From UHGV virus genome UHGV-0260710: a DNA stretch of 40,346 bases; one strand, written 5' to 3'. Position numbers and translations under genes: made by a program. Below are positions 8,995 to 19,224 of this stretch, piece by piece (position 1 is the stretch's first letter; each line of letters opens with the position of its first letter). The DNA comes from a virus. Below the pieces are notes generated by a model. The model searched no databases and was not told the DNA's origin. It saw nothing but the letters and a program-made list of their open reading frames with translations.

Positions 8995-9845
8995 AGGATG
9001 ACCTCCTTGGACTTAGGGTCGTAGTCGGAGGATCGACAAATACGAGCGACCTGAGCTTGGACCAGAAGTTCCTCCTCGGTCATGCCAGCCTTAGCAGCCA
9101 GTGTAACCATGCAGTCCCACAACGTCATGTCTTCACGCTTTGGATACTTCTTCCACTCAGTCTTAATCTGGCCTTTGTTCTTGCCAGTCTTAAGCTCACG
9201 TCTCTCCTGCACGAAGTAGTACGGCTCATCAAGGAACGCACGAGTGGTATCCTCACCCATCCCCGGAATTCCACCGTAGCCATCTGTACTGTCACCCTTG
9301 ATGGTTTGCTCCATGTGCCAGTAGTCTGCCTCAGCAGTCGTATGACTCAGGATTTCACCAGTGGTTAACCAGAAGAACTCACAGTTCGGGATGGTCTTGA
9401 AGTCCTTATCGCAGGACACCAGCACCGCATGGTCACAACCAACAATCTGAGGTCTGGTCCCGATGATACCCATACAGTCATCGCCCTCAAGCGTAGGACG
9501 TAGGAAGCTGTTGAACCGTGGGTCAGCCATCACTTCGGCTACGAACTTCTTGTATCCTACAGGCTTGCGAGAACCTTTACGGTTGGCCTTATAGGTAGGC
9601 AGGACGTCCTTACGCCAGTTATAATCATCAGTGAAGCACATCACAATCTTAGCGTCTTTCCACGCCTTGCGCTTCTTAACGATTTCAGCGATGGTGTTCT
9701 CAAGGATACGACGAGCCTTCTCGTGGTCGCAGATAAGGGTCCAGATGTCATCGCCCCAGTCTGTCTCGTCCTCGGCAGCAGCCATAGAAGAGAAGACCAG
9801 ATAGTCGCCATCCAGAACCAGAGCTATCTTCTTATTCGAAGTCAT
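8976..9845 (-). CDS. gp6: 5'-3' exonuclease (gp6); start taken at internal ATG 9843-9845 with AAGGAGG RBS
   Basis: Alignable to T7 gp6 (VLDGD.LVF, C.TD..NWRK...P.YKANRK....PVGY, SCDKDFKTIPNC.F.W.TTG.IL, TIKGD.TDGY.GI.G, KSGKNKGQ, LWDC....AKAGMTEE). Confidence 0.9.
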   Translation of the reverse strand: MTSNKKIALVLDGDYLVFSSMAAAEDETDWGDDIWTLICDHEKARRILENTIAEIVKKRKAWKDAKIVMCFTDDYNWRKDVLPTYKANRKGSRKPVGYKKFVAEVMADPRFNSFLRPTLEGDDCMGIIGTRPQIVGCDHAVLVSCDKDFKTIPNCEFFWLTTGEILSHTTAEADYWHMEQTIKGDSTDGYGGIPGMGEDTTRAFLDEPYYFVQERRELKTGKNKGQIKTEWKKYPKREDMTLWDCMVTLAAKAGMTEEELLVQAQVARICRSSDYDPKSKEVILWTPSM

Positions 9846-10068
9846 CGTCGTCCTCCTTGTAGTATCCACCTTCAGACAGTGACTCAGAGAACCAAGACCA
9901 GTTGTCCACCCCGCCAGACTCCAAGCACTCCCGCCAGAGTCTATCATCAGCGGCACTGTCTAACTTAGCTGCTAGAGCCTCGCGGAACTCTTCAGCCATT
10001 GAGTTCTCTTCACCATTAAGGTGTGACATAAGCTCGTCAAACTTCTTCAGTAAATCCAGCTCGCTCAT
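9832..10068 (-). CDS. Acidic small protein at the gene 5.9 position (possible RecBCD-inhibitor analogue)
   Basis: 78 aa, highly acidic, ends YYKEDDDDFE; position between 5.7 and 6; function inferred from position only. Confidence 0.45.
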   Translation of the reverse strand: MSELDLLKKFDELMSHLNGEENSMAEEFREALAAKLDSAADDRLWRECLESGGVDNWSWFSESLSEGGYYKEDDDDFE

Positions 10069-10274
10069 AGACAGCCTCCGTGTTGGTTCAGGAACTTGGT
10101 GCCTTCAGCGGTAATCTCCCACGCACCGTTGTTACGCCCGTCCATAGACAGGCAGCTTAGATGTCCACGACTCGCAGCCTCAGCCACAAGTGCAGCGTTG
10201 TTGCGCACATAATTTGACTGAAAGGTCTTCGGGCAGGACTTAAGGGCCGCTAGGACCCGTAAGTATTCACTCAT
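10065..10274 (-). CDS. gp5.7: gp5.7-like protein
   Basis: 69 aa, near-collinear with T7 gp5.7 (LKSCPKTFQSNYVRNNA.LVAEAASRGH.SCL...GRN.GAWEITA.GT.FL...GGC). Confidence 0.85.
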   Translation of the reverse strand: MSEYLRVLAALKSCPKTFQSNYVRNNAALVAEAASRGHLSCLSMDGRNNGAWEITAEGTKFLNQHGGCL

Positions 10275-10570
10275 CGTTCGAACTCCACCCGGAAGTTACC
10301 AAAGCTCGGCTGGTCAGAGTAGTTGCTCAAGTCTTCTTTCAGACCGTCGACAATGCCTTTCTTAAAGACAAGTTCGACTACAGCTTCCAGACCTTCCGTC
10401 ACACCGACCTCTACCATCTTACGCTCAAAACCAGTGGTCTTCTCTCCGTTGAGGACCTTACGGCTCAGCTCGCAGAGAGTCTTCTTGAAGTTCTCCACGT
10501 TTTCAGTTGACAACACAGCACCCAGCGAGAACGAAACTCGCATACGTTTGGTCATAGCCATTAGTGACAC
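10271..10570 (-). CDS. gp5.5: gp5.5-like protein (true start may be the internal MAMTKR Met)
   Basis: 99 aa; N-terminal MAMTKR.RVSF resembles T7 gp5.5. Confidence 0.75.
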   Translation of the reverse strand: MSLMAMTKRMRVSFSLGAVLSTENVENFKKTLCELSRKVLNGEKTTGFERKMVEVGVTEGLEAVVELVFKKGIVDGLKEDLSNYSDQPSFGNFRVEFER

Positions 10571-10842
10571 TCCTTCTTGACAAGTTTGCGCTCGCGGTTC
10601 GTCTTAATAACGTGCTCACGCTTAGGAATACATTGCAGATGCTCAACGTTACAGCACCCACGATTCAAGCACAAATGGTCTATCTCGTAGCCATCTGGTA
10701 TCGGTCCGCACTTCTGCTCCCAGACCCATCGGTGGAACATGAACGCGAACTTAGTTCCCTTTCGGTAGCTTCCCATAGAGTACCGGAAGTACACGTCATG
10801 GTTCCTCTTATGAGAGACGCAGACAATACATCCGGTAGGCAT
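10561..10842 (-). CDS. HNH endonuclease (gene 5.3 position); start taken at MPTGCIVC
   Basis: Cys-rich HNH motif (GCIVC..H....EIDHLCLNRGCCNVEHL); ATG at 10840-10842 lies 31 nt after DNA polymerase stop. Confidence 0.75.
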   Translation of the reverse strand: MPTGCIVCVSHKRNHDVYFRYSMGSYRKGTKFAFMFHRWVWEQKCGPIPDGYEIDHLCLNRGCCNVEHLQCIPKREHVIKTNRERKLVKKECH

Positions 10843-10873
10843 GGTGTGAAACCTCAAGGTCTTAGTGCGTGGG

Positions 10874-13045
10874 TCAATGGCACTCTTTCCATGTTGGTCC
10901 AATCTTACCCTCCGTATCAAGCTCACACTTGAAGTTATAGAATAGTCCAACCTCTCTCATGGCTTCCTGTGCGATTCGAACTACATCCTCGGCAATTTCC
11001 TGAGTACGACACGCGATTTGTAATTCGTCGTGAATCCAAGCCATTAACGCAAAGTCTCCATCCCAGCCGTTGCCATAACCAGCCTCCTCAAGTTTCTTCT
11101 CAGTCAGCACCATCCAGTGCTTACAGACTACCGCACCATCACCTTGAAGTAATGCGTTCAGTGCTGAGTGTGGAGACCGGATGTGGATACGGCGACCATC
11201 AAGTCCACGCAGCCAACGGCGTTTCCACTTGACGATGTTCTCTCCGTCTACCCACTTAGAGTCTGAGATTAACGTATTACTCACAGCTTCCCTGAGGTCC
11301 TTGATGGCTGGTGTACCCTCAATGAATTTCTTCATGAGAGCTGAACCTTCCTTCTTACCACCTCCGACTATCAGTCCAATCTTAGCAGCACCTGCACCAT
11401 ACAGGAACGCATAGATGAACGTCTTAGCGTTGTTACGGAAAGCATCATGTTCATGGCTCGACTTGTCGCGTGGGACGTTAGGTGCTAATCCAGCGTTGAC
11501 TGCGTTTGCCCAGTGGATGTCACCTTCGACCACAGTCTTGGCGTATTCACCACCATCAAACGGAGCAGCTCGGTTCCCCAGACAACGAAGCTCAAGACCT
11601 GAAGCATCCACACCTACTTGAATCCAAGGGTCTGGCTTACCATCCTTCTTGTTCCACGCTGCACCGAAAGCACCACGGCAAGTCTCACCATACGGAGCAC
11701 CATTAGCCGGGACCTGAGCCATGTTTGGTGAGCTATGGGTCGCACGTCCTGTTACTGCACCACATGGGTTGATTGAACCGTGCATACGTCCGTCTGGACC
11801 TACAAGTTTCAACCATGCGTTCTTACCTTCAGCCGCCTGACCGATGCGCTTCTGGACCACCAGATACTCACGGACCAGCTCTACGCAAGCCTGAGCCTCT
11901 GCGTCTGGTAATTTAACGTGTTCTAACGTCTCGTCATCGACTACAGGTTTCCCGGTGTCAGTGAAGTCCACAGGATCCCAGCCACGCTCCATCAGGACTT
12001 TCGCTAAGTGGTCTCCGCTTCCCGGATTAAACTCAACGTAAGTGATTGGAGTGAATGGCGCTCCTTCCATCGTGTCTCGTGAGTCGAACTCGCAAGGCTC
12101 CAGACCTAAGCGTTGAGCTTTGTTCTTCGGCTTCTTGAATACTGACCCGACCTTAGGATACACGACTCGTGGATACTTCGGAAGGTCCTTACCTGTCCGT
12201 GGGTGCTTGAAGAACTCCTTGCCACCCTTCGGTGAATACCAGCTACCGAAAGTCGAACGCAGCTTGTCCAGCAACTCTGCACGTTTGACGGTGAGTTCAC
12301 GATATAAGCCTTCGACCATCTCGGTATTCATCGGATAGCCGTTACGTTCCATCTTCGCACAGGTCCACGCAGCATCATGTTCCAGACGCAACGCATAAAT
12401 CTGTTCGAAAGCGAACTGTTCAGACTGGAAGTAATACTTGTCAGTCAGGAACTTCTTGAACAATGACAGTGTGACCACAACGTCCTGAACGTTATAGTCC
12501 AGCATCTCCTGAGACGGGAACAACCATTCGTCCCCCGCCTTATATTCGATACCTTCGGCCTTGCACTTGGCAACGTAATCGTGTTTGTACTCACCCTTCA
12601 TCTCACCGAGACGATAGCCCCAAGCCTCAAGAGACTGGCGTCCCATCATCTTAGGTGGCAGACGACCAGCTTTCACCGCGCCCATGTCTGAGAACTTAAT
12701 GTTTGGATACATCAAGCGGCCCAGCACCAAGGTATCAATCATCTTGTGTTTCGGGAAGTTAAATCGTTTCCCAAAGTACAAACGCTTCAGCTTGTCTATA
12801 GCCGGGACGTCATAGTTGATACCGTTATGGAAGACCAGCATACCCGTAGGCGTTGCAGCAATTTCTTCCACCTTCTGTACATACTCTTTGAAGCCACCGA
12901 CGATACCGACCATCGGCGCTACCCCATACTTAAGGGTCTCATTCGACTCGGCATTAATCAGGACCCCACAATGGAACTGGGACACGGTGTCAAGGAGACC
13001 GTTGGTCTCGATGTCCGAACCCCAAATATCCTTAAGGTCAAACAT
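10874..13045 (-). CDS. gp5: DNA polymerase (gp5, family A)
   Basis: 723 aa; long collinear matches to T7 gp5 (FHNG..YDVPA, IDTLVL.RL, EAWGYRLGEMKGEYK, YNVQDVVVT, GSW..PKGG, RTGK.LPKYPR, GRATH, DASGLELRC, NAKTFIY.FLYGAG, KGLDGR..H.RSPH.ALN.LLQ, WIHDE.Q..CRT, LDTEGK.GP.W..CH). Confidence 0.95.
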   Translation of the reverse strand: MFDLKDIWGSDIETNGLLDTVSQFHCGVLINAESNETLKYGVAPMVGIVGGFKEYVQKVEEIAATPTGMLVFHNGINYDVPAIDKLKRLYFGKRFNFPKHKMIDTLVLGRLMYPNIKFSDMGAVKAGRLPPKMMGRQSLEAWGYRLGEMKGEYKHDYVAKCKAEGIEYKAGDEWLFPSQEMLDYNVQDVVVTLSLFKKFLTDKYYFQSEQFAFEQIYALRLEHDAAWTCAKMERNGYPMNTEMVEGLYRELTVKRAELLDKLRSTFGSWYSPKGGKEFFKHPRTGKDLPKYPRVVYPKVGSVFKKPKNKAQRLGLEPCEFDSRDTMEGAPFTPITYVEFNPGSGDHLAKVLMERGWDPVDFTDTGKPVVDDETLEHVKLPDAEAQACVELVREYLVVQKRIGQAAEGKNAWLKLVGPDGRMHGSINPCGAVTGRATHSSPNMAQVPANGAPYGETCRGAFGAAWNKKDGKPDPWIQVGVDASGLELRCLGNRAAPFDGGEYAKTVVEGDIHWANAVNAGLAPNVPRDKSSHEHDAFRNNAKTFIYAFLYGAGAAKIGLIVGGGKKEGSALMKKFIEGTPAIKDLREAVSNTLISDSKWVDGENIVKWKRRWLRGLDGRRIHIRSPHSALNALLQGDGAVVCKHWMVLTEKKLEEAGYGNGWDGDFALMAWIHDELQIACRTQEIAEDVVRIAQEAMREVGLFYNFKCELDTEGKIGPTWKECH

Positions 13046-13109
13046 GGTTAATCCTCCGCTTTAGTCTAATCATAAAGACCACTCGCTGTGAGTGACCTTG
13101 AGTCTAGAC

Positions 13110-13274
13110 CTAGAAGTCTGTACGCAAGAAGTGATACATAAACTTCCGGTTAGCTCTCTTCCACGCCACAGAGTTGAACCGCTGGTCTCCCAGAATGTTC
13201 GACAGGCAGGTTGCTTCATCGCTCCACCATTTGTACATGAACCGATGGTATCGAGCTTTAAGTTTTCGTAGCAT
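13110..13274 (-). CDS. Small hypothetical protein (54 aa) between helicase and polymerase
   Basis: ATG at 13272-13274 preceded by AAGAGGAGAG RBS; hand translation MLRKLKARYHRFMYKWWSDEATCLSNILGDQRFNSVAWKRANRKFMYHFLRTDF. Confidence 0.4.
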   Translation of the reverse strand: MLRKLKARYHRFMYKWWSDEATCLSNILGDQRFNSVAWKRANRKFMYHFLRTDF

Positions 13275-13318
13275 GAGTTACTCTCCTCTTAAGTGACTCT
13301 TCAAGTCGTGACTCTAGG

Positions 13319-15356
<2,038 letters not shown>

Positions 15357-15406
15357 TGGTCACTCCTTAATCATAAATGCGAACAAAGGGACAGGACTCA
15401 CGGTCC

Positions 15407-15429
15407 CATCCCTAAGGTGATAGTTTAGG
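15407..15429 (-). promoter_or_regulatory. Variant phage promoter (TAAACTATCACCTTAGGGATGG; two mismatches at -4/-3)
   Basis: Conserved upstream half of the promoter family; upstream of the HNH 3.8-like gene. Confidence 0.45.
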
Positions 15430-15640
15430 CTTTGAAGAACTGAGACAACTGGTCGGCTTTGGTGTCAGCCTGACGTGCCTTCATGCCAGCTTCCAGTGAC
15501 GCGATGGTCAGCTTGTCAGCCAGAGCAGCAGCATCAGCCGCACCGTCAGCAGTCTTCTTTTCTACCTTTCGTTCCATAACCGCAGCACGACGATAACCAC
15601 GCACCACCAGACGACCAAGAAATTCGATAAGTTTAATCAT
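15425..15640 (-). CDS. Small hypothetical protein (71 aa), Ala/Lys-rich
   Basis: ORF in expected orientation between lysozyme and HNH; no recognisable motif. Confidence 0.45.
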   Translation of the reverse strand: MIKLIEFLGRLVVRGYRRAAVMERKVEKKTADGAADAAALADKLTIASLEAGMKARQADTKADQLSQFFKA

Positions 15641-15663
15641 TGAGTGTTCTCCTTTAGAGTCTA

Positions 15664-16122
15664 TTAACCGTGGTCGGAAGTGACCAGCTCATTGGTAGAC
15701 AGCCAGCGTTGCAAGTCGAAACTTGGACACGCCTTAGGCGCTACGTCATGGTGTGCTTTTATTTCTGCCTGAGGGTACATGGCCTTCAGGTCGGCCAGCT
15801 TGTTGCGCAGGGAGTTCATCTGGGCCGGAGTGAAGTTAGCTTCAAACTTGCCCTTAGCGTCAATTCCACCTACAAGGCAGACGCCTACGGACTTGGAGTT
15901 CCAGTCCTTAACGTGTGACCCTACGACATTGACCGGACGACCCTCTTCCACAGTACCATCGCGCTTGATGATAAAGTGGTAGCCTACGTCCAGCCAGCCT
16001 TGCTGCTTGTGCCACATACGGATGGTCTCTACCCCGATATCCATCTCTGGCTTGGTAGCCGAACAGTGAACGAAGATAGCGTCAGTCCGGGACCGTGGGT
16101 TGAATTGCACCTTACTTACCAT
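15664..16122 (-). CDS. gp3.5: Lysozyme / N-acetylmuramoyl-L-alanine amidase (gp3.5)
   Basis: 152 aa; near-identical blocks to T7 lysozyme (VQF..R..TDAIFVHCSATKP, GWLDVGYHFIIKRDGTVE.GR, GVCLVGGID.KGKF.ANFTPAQM.SLR, HH.VAPKACPSFDL.RW...NELVTSD.G). Confidence 0.95.
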   Translation of the reverse strand: MVSKVQFNPRSRTDAIFVHCSATKPEMDIGVETIRMWHKQQGWLDVGYHFIIKRDGTVEEGRPVNVVGSHVKDWNSKSVGVCLVGGIDAKGKFEANFTPAQMNSLRNKLADLKAMYPQAEIKAHHDVAPKACPSFDLQRWLSTNELVTSDHG

Positions 16123-16606
16123 TGTACACCACCAATTCTACGACCACTAGATTCAGGTGCTGGGTGAAGCGCTGTGCGTCCGTGGTGTGCATCTGGAGTC
16201 GCTTATGGTTGAATACGTGTGAGTTGCTGATCTTCACGTAAACTTCGTCAGGCTTGCCGTGGACGATGAACGTCTGGCCCACCCCAATCTTGTCGATTGT
16301 CAGGACTTCGCGTTTCACTGTCACAGGAGGTACGCTCGAAGCTGGCAGTGCTTGAGTGGTATGGACACCAGTGAGTTCCTCTTCTGGTTTGATTTCCTCA
16401 AGATAGCGGCCATCGACCCATGCTCCCCACATGCCCTCAGGCTGAGTATCGTATCCGTTAGACCCATGTTTGTATTTGCCTGGAGTCTGGCACTCAACTA
16501 GGGTCAGGGCAGGGGACTGGTATGGGTCCTTCTCACACTTGGTAACTATAGTCCCACTAGGCCAGCCACACGCATCTACTAACAGTTTAAACTTCTTGCT
16601 CATCAC
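16112..16606 (-). CDS. Hypothetical protein (164 aa), no T7 counterpart at this position
   Basis: ORF tightly coupled on both sides (ATGA overlap with gene 3 stop; 11-nt overlap with gene 3.5 start); no motif I recognise. Confidence 0.6.
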   Translation of the reverse strand: MMSKKFKLLVDACGWPSGTIVTKCEKDPYQSPALTLVECQTPGKYKHGSNGYDTQPEGMWGAWVDGRYLEEIKPEEELTGVHTTQALPASSVPPVTVKREVLTIDKIGVGQTFIVHGKPDEVYVKISNSHVFNHKRLQMHTTDAQRFTQHLNLVVVELVVYNGK

Positions 16607-17055
16607 TTAACTCCTTTCTTCTTGGGGATGAGTATACCTGAAGGCAGACGTACAGTCGCCTCTCGCAGCCACTCAACCGGGATGAACTTGTCGGCATACT
16701 TATAGCCGTTCTTTTCGCACCATGCGCCATACGTGGTCGGAGACCCTTTGTATAACTTGGAGCGTGAACTTGAGAACACGAACCGTATGTCTAACTCTGG
16801 GTGCTGTTCTCGTACCAGAAGGTGCTTCTTACGGTCATCACTATCGAAGATACCTTTGGTCTCCACGATGATACCGTTAGGAAGGATAAAGTCTGGTGTG
16901 TACTTGTGGTCGGAAGCCGGAATCACATAGTTGATATAATGGCTTTCGTACTCCGCTTTGACGCCGTTCTGTTCCAGCCACTGCTGGTTCTTGGCTTCAA
17001 GTCCAGAGCGGTAGGCACCCACAGAGTGCCCCCGTTTTGCAGACCATTGGGCCAT
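16603..17055 (-). CDS. gp3: Endonuclease I (gp3, Holliday-junction resolvase)
   Basis: 150 aa; blocks shared with T7 gp3 (G.YRSGLE, YVIPAS.H.YTPDF.LPNGI.VETKG...SDDRKKHLL.REQHPELDIR.VFSSSR.KLYKGSPT.YG..CEK.G). Confidence 0.9.
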   Translation of the reverse strand: MAQWSAKRGHSVGAYRSGLEAKNQQWLEQNGVKAEYESHYINYVIPASDHKYTPDFILPNGIIVETKGIFDSDDRKKHLLVREQHPELDIRFVFSSSRSKLYKGSPTTYGAWCEKNGYKYADKFIPVEWLREATVRLPSGILIPKKKGVK

Positions 17056-17753
17056 TAGAAGTCGTAATCGCCACCAGAGCCAGAGTCGTCACCACCTTCG
17101 GAACCATCGTCACCGAAGTCATCAGACCCGAAGTCACCATCGGTTGACGCTTTGTAGCCAGTACCAAGGTCTTCATCATCACCCCAGCCACCATCGCCAC
17201 CAGCACCATCACCTTTCCATTCTTTCAGTTCTACCAGAAGGCAGGACTCAAGCTGGAGCTTAACGCTTGCACCAGTCGCAGCGTTCCACTTGAACGGCAG
17301 GACTTTGAACTTGACCTTCAGCTTAGACCCAGCGCCAATATTCGGGACGTCACGGATGAGTTTAGCATCGGTGTCGTAGAACCGTAATACGATAGGCTCG
17401 GACTTGCCGTCTTTCAGGTAAGACGCAAAGCATTTGAACTTCAGGGTAACAGTACCGTCACCATTCTCAATCCACGGCATATCGCCTTCACGAGGCTCGA
17501 TAGGCTTCTTGCCACGCTGAACCTGAGGTGGGTTCTTCTCGTGGTCTGCGAGTGCTTTCGCATACGCATCGTCGTGAATCTTCTGCAAGACATCAATCAT
17601 CTTACGGACCTTCGGGTCGCTCAGGTCGAACGTCAGGTTAACCTTATGCTCACCACGCTCGTTAAACTTGGTGTCTGCTTTGTTCAGCCATGCGTAGGGT
17701 TCAACGATACCAGCTACCGGAGTGGTGAAAGTCTTCAGTTGCTCTTTAGCCAT
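17055..17753 (-). CDS. gp2.5: Single-stranded DNA-binding protein (gp2.5)
   Basis: 232 aa, same length as T7 gp2.5; acidic C-terminal tail ending DF; shared blocks (EPYA, NPP.V.RGKKP..P.EGDMP, NGDGT.T.KFKC.AS, GSKLKVK, W....GASVKLQLES..LVEL). Confidence 0.9.
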   Translation of the reverse strand: MAKEQLKTFTTPVAGIVEPYAWLNKADTKFNERGEHKVNLTFDLSDPKVRKMIDVLQKIHDDAYAKALADHEKNPPQVQRGKKPIEPREGDMPWIENGDGTVTLKFKCFASYLKDGKSEPIVLRFYDTDAKLIRDVPNIGAGSKLKVKFKVLPFKWNAATGASVKLQLESCLLVELKEWKGDGAGGDGGWGDDEDLGTGYKASTDGDFGSDDFGDDGSEGGDDSGSGGDYDF

Positions 17754-17792
17754 TGGTGTAAATCTCCTAATTTAAAGTTACGAACTGGACGT

Positions 17793-17815
17793 CTGTCCTA
17801 CAGTGATAGTTTAGG
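17793..17815 (-). promoter_or_regulatory. Variant phage promoter (TAAACTATCACTGTAGGACAGA; -3 G)
   Basis: Family motif overlapping the gene 2 3' end, upstream of SSB gene (T7 has phi2.5). Confidence 0.55.
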
Positions 17816-18032
17816 TCTCAGGACGGATTCGTCCTACCACAAACCCAGCGTCCTCATACTCTTGGGACTTTAGGGTAGCCTCTTCAAGAGACTTTGCGTA
17901 CACCGGAACCTCGAAGGACTGAATGCGTCCCTCAAGCTCCACGATGTATTTTCTTTCTTCAAGTCTCATAGCCCTTTCTCCTTCCACATATGGTACATGG
18001 ACAGGTAGTCCACATCCCCGGTTGAGACCCAC
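17811..18032 (-). CDS. gp2: Host RNA polymerase inhibitor gp2-like (true start possibly the internal Met at 17969)
   Basis: C-terminal half aligns to T7 gp2 (SFEVP.YA..L.EA......Y...GF.V.R.RP). Confidence 0.7.
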   Translation of the reverse strand: MGLNRGCGLPVHVPYVEGERAMRLEERKYIVELEGRIQSFEVPVYAKSLEEATLKSQEYEDAGFVVGRIRPET

Positions 18033-18047
18033 TGTCTAAAACACCAA

Positions 18048-18365
18048 CTACTTGGAGTCATAGCACTTACCTTTATGCAGGTCGAACAGCTCCTGATAGA
18101 ATGCTGCTTTGTTCAGGTCCTTCTCCATAGTAGCCAGCTCTGACTTCTTACCAGCCCGGAGGCGATACTTCAGGACGTTACCCATGCAGAACCCACGGAA
18201 CTCGCTGACAGTCATGGACCGAGCGATAATCTCAATGGATTCCACGCCGTCAAAGACCTGATAGTGGGAAGGCTTGATCACACTGTCGTCTATATTAGGC
18301 GGGTTGATACAGTTACAGACTCCAGCTCCGTTCCATATCGTACAGCCGGGAGAATGGTTAGTCAT
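18048..18365 (-). CDS. gp1.7: gp1.7-like protein (corresponds to the C-terminal half of T7 nucleotide kinase gp1.7)
   Basis: 105 aa; KPSHYQVFDGVESIEIIARSMTVSEFRGFCMGNVLKYRLRAGKKSELATMEKDLNKAAFYQELFDLHKGKCY nearly collinear with the T7 gp1.7 C-terminus. Confidence 0.75.
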   Translation of the reverse strand: MTNHSPGCTIWNGAGVCNCINPPNIDDSVIKPSHYQVFDGVESIEIIARSMTVSEFRGFCMGNVLKYRLRAGKKSELATMEKDLNKAAFYQELFDLHKGKCYDSK

Positions 18366-18618
18366 TGACCGCCTCCTTCACGAACTCAACGAACAGACGA
18401 ACGCGAGGCCACTTTGTGTAGACCACAGGTACGTTGGTCTCACGCTTCTGGCGAGCCTCTTCAGCTTTGCCCGGAGTAATCAGAGCGAAGACTGTAGGTG
18501 ACAGCTTAACTGCCTTCCCGAAGTAGCTCAGCTTCTCGTTACGCTTAATACAAGCGAACGGGTTGTTGGACAGGTGGAAGGTATTGGTATAACGGTTGAA
18601 CATTAAGTTCTTAGACAT
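18358..18618 (-). CDS. Hypothetical early/middle protein (86 aa), gene 1.5/1.6 position
   Basis: ORF directly downstream of a phage promoter; overlaps gp1.7 start by 8 nt. Confidence 0.5.
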   Translation of the reverse strand: MSKNLMFNRYTNTFHLSNNPFACIKRNEKLSYFGKAVKLSPTVFALITPGKAEEARQKRETNVPVVYTKWPRVRLFVEFVKEAVND

Positions 18619-18642
18619 AGAGTCTCCTTAGATTGTTGATGG

Positions 18643-18665
18643 TTGTCCTATAGTGATAGCTTAGG
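18643..18665 (-). promoter_or_regulatory. Phage RNAP promoter (TAAGCTATCACTATAGGACAAC)
   Basis: Family motif immediately downstream of the early terminator. Confidence 0.65.
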
Positions 18666-18699
18666 GTCAGGCTGGTGGCTCAGACGATAGCTTGCTAGC

Positions 18700-18738
18700 A
18701 CAAAGCAAAGAAACCCAGCAGTCATAAGACCACTGGGT
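18700..18738 (-). terminator. Candidate early (TE-like) intrinsic terminator
   Basis: Minus strand ACCCAGTGGTC-TTAT-GACTGCTGGGT (10-bp stem with two G-U pairs) followed by TTTCTTTGCTTTG; placed right after the HNH stop, as T7 TE follows the early region. Confidence 0.5.
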
Positions 18739-18741
18739 TGT

Positions 18742-19224
18742 TTATAATGAGTCTCTTAAGGCTACCGCCTCGGCTATGGTCTTGGCATATAGGACCACTC
18801 GCTCTCCGTTGACCACCTTCTTGATACAGTAAAGCTCTCGACCTTTCACCTTTGAGATGTGACGTTCTCCGGTAGTGTTGGTGGACATCTGGCCTTTGTT
18901 CTGGTTGTTCTCTGAGTGAGACACCAGTCGCAGGTTGGACATCCTGTTATTAGAAGGGTCCCGGTCAATGTGGTCAATCTCCATGCCGTCTGGTATGGGA
19001 CCATATGTCATCTCCCATATTACCCTATGAACCTGTAGATGCTTGCGGCCCCACGGTGTCCTGACGTTTATCGTCCAATAGCCGGACTTCTTCTTACTGC
19101 CTACCTTTCGTCCAGAGTGGAGGGCCAGCCCGGAGGCCGACCTTTCGTCCACTTTAAATCTTGACTGTAGGATTATCCTCAGTTCCACGCCACTGGTCGA
19201 ACGAGGGATGTCGCAATGAGCCAT
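18742..19224 (-). CDS. HNH homing-endonuclease-like protein (extra relative to T7)
   Basis: 160 aa; [41 protein letters not shown] core; 5' end overlaps the ligase 3' end (an in-frame GTG at 19150-19152 is an alternative start). Confidence 0.8.
   Translation of the reverse strand: MAHCDIPRSTSGVELRIILQSRFKVDERSASGLALHSGRKVGSKKKSGYWTINVRTPWGRKHLQVHRVIWEMTYGPIPDGMEIDHIDRDPSNNRMSNLRLVSHSENNQNKGQMSTNTTGERHISKVKGRELYCIKKVVNGERVVLYAKTIAEAVALRDSL

Noticed and set aside
10561-10950. HNH ORF appearing to overlap the DNA polymerase C-terminus, with both proteins ending in ...KECH
   Set aside because: The overlap comes from taking the first in-frame start; the likely start (MPTGCIVC, ATG at 10840-10842) lies after the polymerase stop. 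The shared ECH ending is a short coincidence, not evidence of a fusion or duplication.
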